The translations under genes were made by a program, and so were the position numbers. Source: Octopus sinensis (lineage: Eukaryota). Taken from it: a stretch of 14,322 nt of DNA. Of the stretch, positions 1 to 8,147 are shown piece by piece (positions within the stretch are counted from its first letter, which is position 1; each line of letters starts with the position of its first letter). The notes under the pieces were generated by a model, which worked only from the letters and a program-made list of their open reading frames with translations, searched no databases and was not told where the DNA came from. The stretch is from assembly GCF_006345805.1 (NCBI RefSeq), contig NW_021825827.1, positions 1 through 14,322 on the forward strand, given 5' to 3'.

Positions 1-216
1 TTCCAGACCACTCAGCTGGCAAAAATAAAGTTGGTACCTGTAATTTCAAAGGGCCAACCTTGTCACACTTTGTGTCACGCTGAATTTCCCCGAGAACTAC
101 GTTAAGGGACATATGTCTGTGGAATGCTCAGCCACTCGCATGTTAATTTCCCGAGCAAGCTGTTCCATTGATCGTATCAGCTGTGACCCTCGTCATCATA
201 ACTAATAAAGTGCTCC
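1..216 (+). mobile_element. 3' part of a tRNA-derived SINE (family B here); the 5' part lies outside the window
   Basis: Aligns by eye (about 80%) to the reverse complement of 4538-4722 and 7287-7420. The copy at 7287-7534 carries pol III A/B boxes and a CORE-like motif. Confidence 0.8.
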
Positions 217-225
217 TTTTATAAT

Positions 226-256
<31 letters not shown>

Positions 257-259
257 AAC

Positions 260-573
260 ATTCAGATGAATATGGTACTTAAGTTGAGGGCACGCCAGAA
301 TTTAGTATGGTATTATCCAAACAATTTCAAGTAAGGTGATTAAAATCAAAATAAGTAACAAGGATATCCAAGAGGTAATGCAGTACAATCGCTTCATGCA
401 ACTCCATTTAATTGAACAATGCAATCATTACATCAATTTAAAATGCATAGCATGATTGCTCTGAAGATTGCTCTGCATTTTAAATTGATGTAATGATTGC
501 ATTGTTCAATTAAATGGAGTTGCATGAAACAATTGTACTGCATTACCTCTGGATATCCTTGTTGCTTATTTTG

Positions 574-576
<3 letters not shown>
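260..576. mobile_element. Short palindromic repetitive element (family E) flanked by (TA)n on both sides
   Basis: 260-447 recurs at 6594-6792. Internal inverted repeat 346-447 / 474-574. (TA)n at about 232-256 and 577-606. Confidence 0.7.
346..574. repeat. Inverted repeat, arms of about 101 bp, 26-nt spacer
   Basis: Arms 346-447 and 474-574 differ by 3 substitutions and 1 indel. 393-447 pairs perfectly over 55 bp. Confidence 0.95.
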
Positions 577-609
<33 letters not shown>

Positions 610-1290
610 TAATCAAAGGACATACTAGGTATGTCAACCTGCTTGAAATAACAGTCAAAACTCTTATTATTAAATCGGCAAAAATACACCGATGAAAACT
701 ACAGAAATCAAACAAAGGCAAAATCAGGTTAAGATAATCTACTAACACACATTTAAGTATTTGGACTCATGTGGATCGATTTCTGCATTGGTAAAGACCT
801 TAGCTTCTTCAGCACGTGTTACCATTATTAGAGACTCCCAACCCATCGCTTCGAAGTCTGTGCTGCAACTGAATTCGTTTCACGTCGAAATCATAACAGC
901 CACTGGGGTAAAATAATCTCGATACAATTTACGAGAAAAATAATTCACCAAAATTTAATTTACATTGTTACATTGGATAATAATAGAATTAATGACACCT
1001 TTGTAAATTAATTTTTGGTATATATATATATATATATCTATATATATATATACCAAAGGAAATGTTGATCTCTATATCCATCTAATCCAGAAATGGCGTT
1101 CTCAAGTAATCTATGTATGTATGATCTTTCGTTATTTTTCCCTCTATACCTGCGTGAATTATTTTTTAGTATACATTGTCCGGGAGTCTTTTCTTAGAGT
1201 AGAAGAAATAGCTAAGGTTTGTTGGCTGCTATTTCTAAAAGTTTGGTGCGTGGTAAAGTAAATTATTTTACTGAACCCTAATTATATAAC

Positions 1291-1326
<36 letters not shown>

Positions 1327-1359
1327 CATGAATATGGCATGATTTTACTTGATATTTAT

Positions 1360-1407
1360 TTTTACCATTTGTTTGTCTTCACCGTTTGTTGTTTTTTTCC
1401 ATTGCAG
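1360..1407 (+). promoter_or_regulatory. Polypyrimidine tract and 3' splice acceptor of the eMIC exon
   Basis: TTTACCATTTGTTTGTCTTCACCGTTTGTTGTTTTTTTCCATTGCAG with AG at 1406-1407. No other AG between 1259 and 1405. Protein similarity begins exactly here. Confidence 0.9.
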
Positions 1408-1582
1408 TGCACGGAAGAGACCAGTCCCGTACCACCGACCCACACCACCTACACCAAGTTCTCTGAGCAGCTTTTCTTACCGATCCTACAGCAGATCTCG
1501 GAGTCCATCTCGAGAGCTGAGTTGTAGTCGAAGTCGCAGCCGTAGTCACAGCCACAGCAGATGTTACAGTCGCGGCCGTTAG
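1408..1582 (+). CDS. Srrm234: Last coding exon of the eMIC-containing isoform of Srrm2/3/4 (serine/arginine repetitive matrix protein; second half of the eMIC/SRRM_C domain plus RS tail). Phase-2 start, stop TAG at 1580-1582
   Basis: Translation (S)ARKRPVPYHRPTPPTPSSLSSFSYRSYSRSRSPSRELSCSRSRSRSHSHSRCYSRGR*. The start matches the vertebrate SRRM3/SRRM4 motif SARKRPIPYYRP, followed by Ser-rich and RS dipeptide sequence as in SRRM4. Canonical acceptor precedes it. CpG- and GC-rich compared with the flanks. Confidence 0.88.
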
Positions 1583-1590
1583 AAGTAAGG
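1582..1590 (+). promoter_or_regulatory. Possible 5' splice donor (GAA|GTAAGG) 2 nt after the stop codon
   Basis: GTAAG at 1585-1589 fits the U2 donor consensus. Use is unproven. Confidence 0.4.
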
Positions 1591-1880
1591 GGGGGGAATG
1601 AAAAAGAGAGAGAGGGAGAGAGGAGAGAGATCGAAGCATACGCAAAAGACAAATGAAGAGGAGGAGGAGGAGGAGGAGGTAGTGAAGGGGTTAAGAGAGA
1701 AAGAGAAAGGAAGGATTAACGAGTGGGTTTGAGAGGAGCAGAGAGAGAGAGAAAGAGAGTGTGAGTGGAGAAATACAAGATTGGGACCAAATTATAAGTC
1801 GATGAGCGAGACCATGATATTTCACAAGAGAGAGAGAGAGAGAGTTAGTGGAAGAGGAAATGAAGATGTGTGAGTGTGTC
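1583..1880 (+). repeat. Purine-rich low-complexity tract: (GA)n, (GAG)n, G-run
   Basis: Direct reading. A second purine-rich block lies at about 2110-2275. Confidence 0.85.
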
Positions 1881-1884
1881 TACT

Positions 1885-2100
1885 TGTATATGTGCATGAG
1901 TGTGTATGTACATGTATGTGTGTGTGTGTATATATATGTATATATATATGTAAATGTATGTACATGTATATATATGTATATATATATGTAAATGTATGTA
2001 CATGTATGTGTGTGTGTATATATATGTATATATATATGTAAATGTATGTACATGTATATATGAATGTATGTATATTTATATGTATGTATGTATTTATAAG
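1885..2100. repeat. Compound (TA)/(TG)/(TATG) microsatellite with a higher-order unit
   Basis: GTAAATGTATGTACATGTAT occurs at 1950-1969, 1988-2007 and 2038-2057. Confidence 0.9.
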
Positions 2101-2151
2101 TATAGATGCTTACAAGTAGTGAAAGGGAAAAAGTGAGAGTGAGTAAAGGAG

Positions 2152-2204
2152 AATAAAAAACTGAGAAAAAAATGGATTTTAAGTGTGTGTGGTGTGTGTG
2201 TGTG
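2152..2204 (+). terminator. Candidate polyadenylation signal with GU-rich downstream element
   Basis: AATAAA at 2152-2157, followed about 25-45 nt later by GTGTGTGTGGTGTGTGTGTGTG. Plausible, but both motifs are common in this composition. Confidence 0.4.
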
Positions 2205-2673
2205 AAAGAGAGAAACAGAGAGAAGGAGTATGAGTGAGAGAGGAAGTACGAGTGATAGTATGAATGAGAGAAAGATATATATATATATATATATAGCAGA
2301 TAATTTAGATAATCTAAATGAAATATTCTTAACTAAGTTCTTAGTAATTGCTCCAGGATGATTACTAAATTTGCTAATGTACTTAAAGATTGGTCAACGG
2401 TTTATGATATTGGAAGTAAGAGTCACTGTGTAAATTAAGCGTAATATATGTAGTGTATGTGTGAGAAAGCAAGAATTTGGCAGCCAGACCCATGACATAA
2501 GCCAGTATGCTACAGATTCCACAGATTGTATAAAGAAGAGGGTGGGGCATTGTTGCATTGCGGGGATAAGTCTTCCGCCCTCGCTGAGTCCATCTGTCTG
2601 TTTGGTAGAGCAGAGCATGATCAGATTCTCTCGATATTCCAAACATTAAATGAATCTTATTGTCTTTGGCCCT

Positions 2674-2674
<1 letters not shown>

Positions 2675-2712
<38 letters not shown>

Positions 2713-2719
2713 CACACAC
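2675..2719. repeat. (CA)n microsatellite
   Basis: Direct reading. Confidence 0.95.
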
Positions 2720-2894
2720 CCTCTGCACTAAGTCATTCTAATTTCATATGATGTTATTAATTAATTAATTATACTTTCAACTACAAACCTGTCCATAACA
2801 ATAAATGATTATTATAATAATTACTACTACTATTAGAATATGAAGAATTATCATACTAGATAAATCAGATTATCCTTGATATTAACATTAGTAA

Positions 2895-3692
2895 AGTCAG
2901 CAAGCTGGCAGAATCGTTAGCACGCCGGCCAAAATGCTTAGTGGTATTTCGTCTGTCGTTACGTTCTGAGTTCAAATTCCGTCAAGGTCAACTTTGCCTT
3001 TCATCCTTTCGGGGTCGATAAATTAAGTACCAGTTACGCACTGGGGTCGATATAATCGACTTAATCCATTTGTCTGTCCTTGTTTGTCCTCTCAGTGTTT
3101 AGCCCCTTGTGGGTAGTAAAGAAATAAGTATTTCGTCTGCTGTTACGTTCTGAGTTCAAATTCCGCCGAGGTCGACTTTGCCTCTCATCCTTTTGGGATA
3201 GATAAATTAAGTACCAGTTATGCACTGGGGTTGATATAATCGACTTAATCCGTTTGTCAGTCCTTGTTTGTTCCCTCTATGTTTAGTCCCTTGTGGGCAA
3301 TAAAGAAATAAGAAACGTTAGCATGTCAGGTGAAATTTTTAGCAGTATTTCGTCTGTCTTTAAATTCTGAGTTCAAATTCCGCCGAGGTCGACTTTCATC
3401 CTTTCAGGGTCAATAATTTAAGTACCAGTTGCATGCTGGGGGACGATCTAATCAACTGCCCCCCCATCCCTTGTGCCTAGAGTAGAAAAGAATCATTAGC
3501 ACCCTGGGCAAAATGCTTCAGAGCTTTACTTCCATCATTACGTTCTGAGTTCAAATTCCACTGAGGTCAACTTTGCCTTTCATCCATTTGGGGTCGATAA
3601 AATAAGCACCAGTTATGCACTGGGATCGATGTAATCAACTTAATCCATTCCCAGGACTTGTTGGCTTTCTACCAAAATTTACAACTAATGTT
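2895..3692 (+). mobile_element. Head-to-tail array of four tRNA-derived SINE units (family A): about 2895-3128, 3128-3312, 3313-3490, 3490-3692
   Basis: Each unit carries TTCTGAGTTCAAATTCC (B-box-like) and GGTC(G/A)ACTTT...TCATCC...AAG(T/C)ACCAGTT. The first has an A-box-like TGGCAGAATCG. Further copies at 5661, 8616, 8812 and 10678. Confidence 0.9.
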
Positions 3693-3794
3693 AATAGCAG
3701 TAAACATTCTACTACTACTAATAATAATAATGATAACACCAACTTGAATGATAATAATAATAATAATATAGATGGGCTACAGCAAATATTCAGC

Positions 3795-3920
3795 TCAATA
3801 CCACAGATTTGCTTGTCAGTTGTTTGACCTTAACCAGCTGAGCATGTCCCTTGTTGGCTGATATGTGCATCTCTGATCATGAGCAGAAGTAGTGGGGGAT
3901 CATCATGTGTTGAGAGGAAC
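3795..3920 (+). mobile_element. Probable fragment of another interspersed repeat
   Basis: Resembles a common octopus repeat from memory. Single copy in this window, so it cannot be confirmed here. Confidence 0.35.
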
Positions 3921-4099
3921 AGATACTCCTTTTGAAGTACTCAATAGAAGTACTCAGTAGAGCAAGTGGCTTACCCAAAGGAATACTCTCTGGCATGTTC
4001 CAAGTTTATTCAATCTCAAATCCTAAGTTCAGCTTAAGCCAAAGTTAAGTACTAAAATAATAAAAAAAAAAGAATGAGATAACATAGGAGCTGCTATGT

Positions 4100-4310
4100 G
4101 GTCACAGGGTCTGCTATATATAGTAGTGAAGTCTCTCTCAAAGAGCTTTACATAATTAAGGGGTAGCGGAATCTAACACACAAGAAAATGCAGTATGGAG
4201 ACATAATATATACGTGAAATAAACTGTGGGAAGGTCATAGCTGGATTGCCTTTGATATTACGGTATGCTGCTCAGTCAGAGGTGACTTGATGTAACTGCA
4301 TTAATAACTA
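4100..4310 (+). mobile_element. Old, diverged interspersed repeat (family D)
   Basis: The GG(A/T)GGTCAT(A)RCT(G/A)GA..GCC.TT motif and its flanks are shared with 5505-5610 (+), 5300-5385 (-) and, more loosely, 7095-7280 (+). Confidence 0.5.
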
Positions 4311-4537
4311 AAAATGGGTGGGGGGGGGGATATTTTGTTGGTTTTTCTGCACCTGGGAATCAAATACCGAATTTCTACAGTCTGGAGAAATGGCAGATCT
4401 TGTTAAATTATGGTTGTGAACCTATTGCAGTCGTTGCTTTAACATTTCAACATATACATATGTACTGTCTGTCTGTTTGTCTATCTATCTTCATTTACTT
4501 AGCTCTATATTATGATTTTAGTAATCCATTAAATTAT

Positions 4538-4843
4538 GGCACTCCATTGGTTATGATGACGGAGGTTCCGGTCAATCCGAATCAACCGAACAGCCTGCTC
4601 GTGAAATTAACATGCAAGGGACTGAGCACTCCACAAACATGTGTACCCTTAACGTAGTCCTCAGAGAGATTCAATGTGACACAGAGTGTGACAAGGCTGG
4701 CCCCTTTGAAATACAAGTACAACAGAAACAGGAAGAAAGAGTGAGAGAAAGTTGTGGTGAAAGATTACAGCAGGGTTCACCACCACCTTCTGCCAGAGTC
4801 CCATGGAGTTTTAGGTGTTTTCGCTCAATAAGCACTCACAACG
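4538..4843 (-). mobile_element. SINE family B, 5'-truncated, with a different middle segment
   Basis: 4538-4722 is the reverse complement of 33-216 (about 80%). The tRNA head is missing. Confidence 0.8.
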
Positions 4844-5023
4844 TGAAACTTTAGGGAAACCTTTTCCTAGCTGATCTGTAAGATAGTGAAGGGCTGGTTG
4901 TAATTATTGGTTTTAAGTTCAAATACAACCAAAGTTAGATAAAAAATTTAAAAAAATAGTATGAGCTAACAAAGATGCCTTGATAGAGTCAGTGGACCTG
5001 CGAGAACTACCAACCGCATCTAG

Positions 5024-5282
5024 CTAGTGTGGCCTAGGGGTTAAGGTGTTGTACGCAGCATCATAAGAACATGGTTTCAATTTCCGGTCCAAGTAATACA
5101 TTAGCAAAACAACTGCAAGTTGCTCTGCAATCGCTGTGAGATCTGATGCATAACAATGTGCAGCTTTGCGGGTGATGTCAATTTGATAAACGGAGTAAGC
5201 TAATGGGTAGCATGAGCATTTGATAGCTATAAGCAAATCAACTGCAAGGGCTGTTTGGCAAGATATTACAGAACCACTGTTT
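5024..5282 (+). mobile_element. Degenerate tRNA-derived SINE (family C)
   Basis: A-box-like TGGCCTAGGGG (5030-5040) and B-box-like GGTTTCAATTTCC (5073-5085). The extent of the body is from memory of octopus repeats. Confidence 0.5.
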
Positions 5283-5320
5283 GTCAATTATGACATGAGA
5301 GTCCACCATATCTATCCTGC

Positions 5321-5448
5321 TGTGACCATCCAATTGGATTCTCCTTTCAGGTGAAGCATAGCCTGGACTGCAACACCTAATAATTTTCTTACACACATAC
5401 ACACACACACATCCTGGACTGCAACATTTAATAGGGTTTTTAAAACAC

Positions 5449-5479
<31 letters not shown>

Positions 5480-5566
5480 ACTGTGTGTGTGTTTAAAGAA
5501 TATCTATTAGATGTTGCAGTCAAGAATATGCTATACCTGAAAAGAAAATACTATAGGATGGTCATA
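5321..5566. repeat. Two family D fragments in inverted orientation around (CA)/(TA)/(TG) microsatellites
   Basis: 5321-5382 pairs with 5505-5566 (GACCATCC...TTTCAGGT...GACTGCAACA.CTAATA). CCTGGACTGCAACA is repeated directly at 5413-5426. Confidence 0.75.
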
Positions 5567-5660
5567 ACTAGAGTGCCCTTAATTCTACATAGGTGTGCTT
5601 GATGAGAGAGATAGATAGATAGATAGATAGATAGATGTGTATATATATATATAGATATAT

Positions 5661-5810
5661 AGGTGGCGAGCTGGCAGAAACGTTAGCATGTCGGGCGAAA
5701 TGCTTAGCGGTTTTTCGTCTGCCGTTACATTCCGAGTTTAAATTCCGCCGAGGTCGACTTTGCCTGTCATCCTTTCAGGGTCGATAAATTAGGTACCAAT
5801 TACACACTGG
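5661..5810 (+). mobile_element. SINE family A, 3'-truncated
   Basis: Full tRNA-like head GGCGAGCTGGCAGAAACGTTAGC...GAGTTTAAATTCC plus central domain. Inserted after (AGAT)n/(AT)n. Confidence 0.9.
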
Positions 5811-6246
5811 TCTGTTCAACTAGAAATGACCAAGGGCTAAATGGGCAACTTTGGAGAATCCTCCCTCAGTTGATCTGCAAATACAGCAAAACAATGGTTG
5901 CAATTTGCCAGGGACTTTGCGTTCCTTTGTTTACAACACCCTGAATTTTTACTACCACCCAGGTCAAATCAGGGAACAAAACCCGTGAAAGTATGAAATG
6001 TGAGACTCCTTCCAGGGATCACAGTCGAAAATTTTCATGGAAGACAGCAGTGTTACGACTGCTGATGAATTTAGCAGACAAATGACAAAATGGAGGTACG
6101 AGACACACCTTTCCACCTCAAGTCTAAAACCAAGTGTAGCTTGTAGCCAATAGATGATGATACTGATTAAACTAGTATCCATTCTTTAAGGGTTTTCTTT
6201 AGTAATCTCTTAATCTCTCAGCTCTTCTATATAATCCTCTACCTTG

Positions 6247-6247
<1 letters not shown>

Positions 6248-6300
<53 letters not shown>
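6248..6300. repeat. (TA)n(GA)n compound microsatellite
   Basis: Direct reading. Confidence 0.95.
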
Positions 6301-6302
<2 letters not shown>

Positions 6303-6593
6303 ATTATACTTGTATTTATTTTGCTTCCTAATTCATTCACACATCAATTCATCTGTATAATATTCTATTTTCCCTTTTGTATATAATCCGCTGATAATCT
6401 GTCCGTCTATTCATATATATATTTGTCCATTCATAAAACCACTAATGAATCTAATACATACACATGTGCTCCTCATCTGTCTGCATATATATATATATGT
6501 ACATAGATGTCTATGGAAGAATCTACCACCACAGCCCTCCCAGGAATAATAGGGAAAGAAGCTGGCTATATATATAAGTTCAGTAAAATTTAG

Positions 6594-6792
6594 ATTCAGA
6601 TGAATATGGTACTTAAGTTTGAAGGAACCAGAATTTAGTATGGCATTATCCATATAATTCAAAATAAGGTGATTATAATCAAAATAAGCAACAAGGATAT
6701 CCAGAGGTATTGCAGTACAATCGTTTCATGCGACTCCATTTAATTGAACAATGCAATCATTTCATTACATCAATTTAAAAATGCTGAGCAAT
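6594..6792 (+). mobile_element. Second copy of family E (left part only, no mirror arm)
   Basis: Colinear with 260-450, just under 90% identity by eye. Confidence 0.85.
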
Positions 6793-6811
6793 ATTTAGCT
6801 GCATAAAAATA

Positions 6812-7073
6812 TAGAATTTAGTCCTTTGAATTTAACTATCTATTCTACATAAGAACTCACCGGAAAGATTACTAAACCTTTTAGTGATCTAATTCTCTGA
6901 TAGATTTTGCCATATCTTCTCCCTGTGTGCTCCCAGTGCAAGAAGCAAAGCTCTGGCAAACTGACTTGTCCTTTGAGAGACACAGTGCTCCCTCTGATTC
7001 CATCTCAGTACATACACATGAATTAAGAGTGCAAGCTAAACCTTTAGCATTCATGGCCACACTACATTGTCAT
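6812..7073 (+). repeat. 262-bp segment duplicated at 10701-10963 (probable source copy)
   Basis: Identical except at six sites, all involving indels. Confidence 0.97.
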
Positions 7074-7094
7074 TTTAGGCAAAGTAGTCAGTCA

Positions 7095-7280
7095 ATCAGC
7101 TGGAAATAGTAGCCAAGTCAATCATTAAATTACAGTCTTGAAAAACGCAGGCCACATTTGAAAACGTAGGCCTTAGATGTACAAATACGTAAATAATTAA
7201 GATAGGAGCTCTTGCAAATGGAACACCTTTCATCAAATGTCTGTTCAACTAGAAATGACCACGGGCTAAATAACAACAGC
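7095..7280 (+). mobile_element. Family D repeat copy
   Basis: Tail 7240-7271 matches 5811-5842 at 31/32 nt. Loose similarity to 4100-4310. Confidence 0.45.
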
Positions 7281-7286
7281 CAACTA

Positions 7287-7534
7287 GCACTCCATCGTTG
7301 ATCCCCTCAATGTGCAAGTGGCTTGAGTACTCCACAGACATGTGTACCTTTAATGTAGTTCTCAGGGAGATTCAGTGTGACACGCAATGTGACAAGGCTG
7401 GCCCTTTGAAATACAGGTACACTGGAGCAACGTGAAATAAAGTGTCCTTGCTCAAAGGCATACTGTTCCACTGGAGTCGAACTCATGCCCTTACGTCTGT
7501 GTGCAAAATACTCTAACCACTGAGCCATGCACCT
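7287..7534 (-). mobile_element. SINE family B with tRNA head and CORE-like domain, internally deleted
   Basis: Minus strand: A box TGGCTCAGTGG (7517-7527), B box GAGTTCGACTCC (7473-7484), CORE-like CTTTGAGCAAGGACACT (7441-7457), then the body shared with 1-216. Confidence 0.88.
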
Positions 7535-8147
7535 TCAGACAACCTACACACATATAGACACATGATGCATATATGCTGTGTAATTTATATATAATTCCAA
7601 ATTATTTTGCAAAAGTTTTTGCGTTTTTGATCAAGAACCTAAAAACCAAAGAATTTTTTAAAAAATAACGATAATAATTGCATTATATTCGTTCCTTCAA
7701 ACGAATTGGTGACATCATCAAATAATTTTTTTTTCATATATTTTACTATTTTTTAATTTTTTTTTACAATTTATATTTTTGAATAAAATATTTCCTTTTT
7801 ATGTTTGATCTACTGGAAGAAAAAGATTTGCAAGTTTAATTTATAATTTAACAATTAAATAAATCATTCCCGCCCCCCTCCCCGCTCATATCTAATCTAC
7901 AGTACAGTTTGTGAGGTTATTATTATTATTATTTTATTTTTTTTTTTTCACTTTTAATGAAATATTGATCTGCAACTTTTTAAATTCTTTAATGCAATCC
8001 ATTTTATATTCTCATACATATGGCCAGACATTAGGAGACACACATACATGTACATATATATACATAACTTATGCTTTTGTGAGTACATATACATATTTAA
8101 CTGTATCTACAAACGCAAAAATAAGTGCACATTTGTATAAATGAATA

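Noticed and set aside
810-930. Possible exon holding the first half of eMIC
   Set aside because: No frame gives anything like DSPSHLEARRIT, and the splice signals are weak.
1349-1407. N-terminal part of the 77-aa ORF (MIFIFTICLSSPFVVFFHC)
   Set aside because: It is the translated polypyrimidine tract. Similarity starts at the acceptor.
1403-1407. UGC next to the acceptor as an eMIC autoregulation motif
   Set aside because: TGCAG is an ordinary acceptor, and the exon is not a microexon.
1339-1527. 62-aa ORF overlapping the exon in another frame, plus the minus-strand ORFs 1379-1645 and 1449-1652
   Set aside because: Shadow frames of the eMIC/RS exon and GA repeats, with no recognisable similarity.
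2383-2715. 110-aa minus-strand ORF with a transmembrane-like stretch
   Set aside because: Starts in a (TG)n repeat, has no splice signals or recognisable family, and the hydrophobicity is expected from base composition.
2895-3692. CRISPR-like or tRNA-cluster interpretation of the tandem array
   Set aside because: The units are about 200-bp SINEs with dispersed copies, there are no unique spacers, and the heads do not form complete cloverleaves.
6016-6095. Possible 80-nt exon (CCAG|GGATC...GAG|GTACGA) and CTGATGA at 6062-6068
   Set aside because: Short pyrimidine tract and no recognisable peptide. The CTGATGA lacks a proper GAAA, stem III and stem I.
7891-7921. Possible microexon (CTAAT...TACAG|TACAG|TTTGTGAG|GTTATT)
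   Set aside because: Would be 13 or 8 nt (frame-shifting), with a poor donor and no proper pyrimidine tract.
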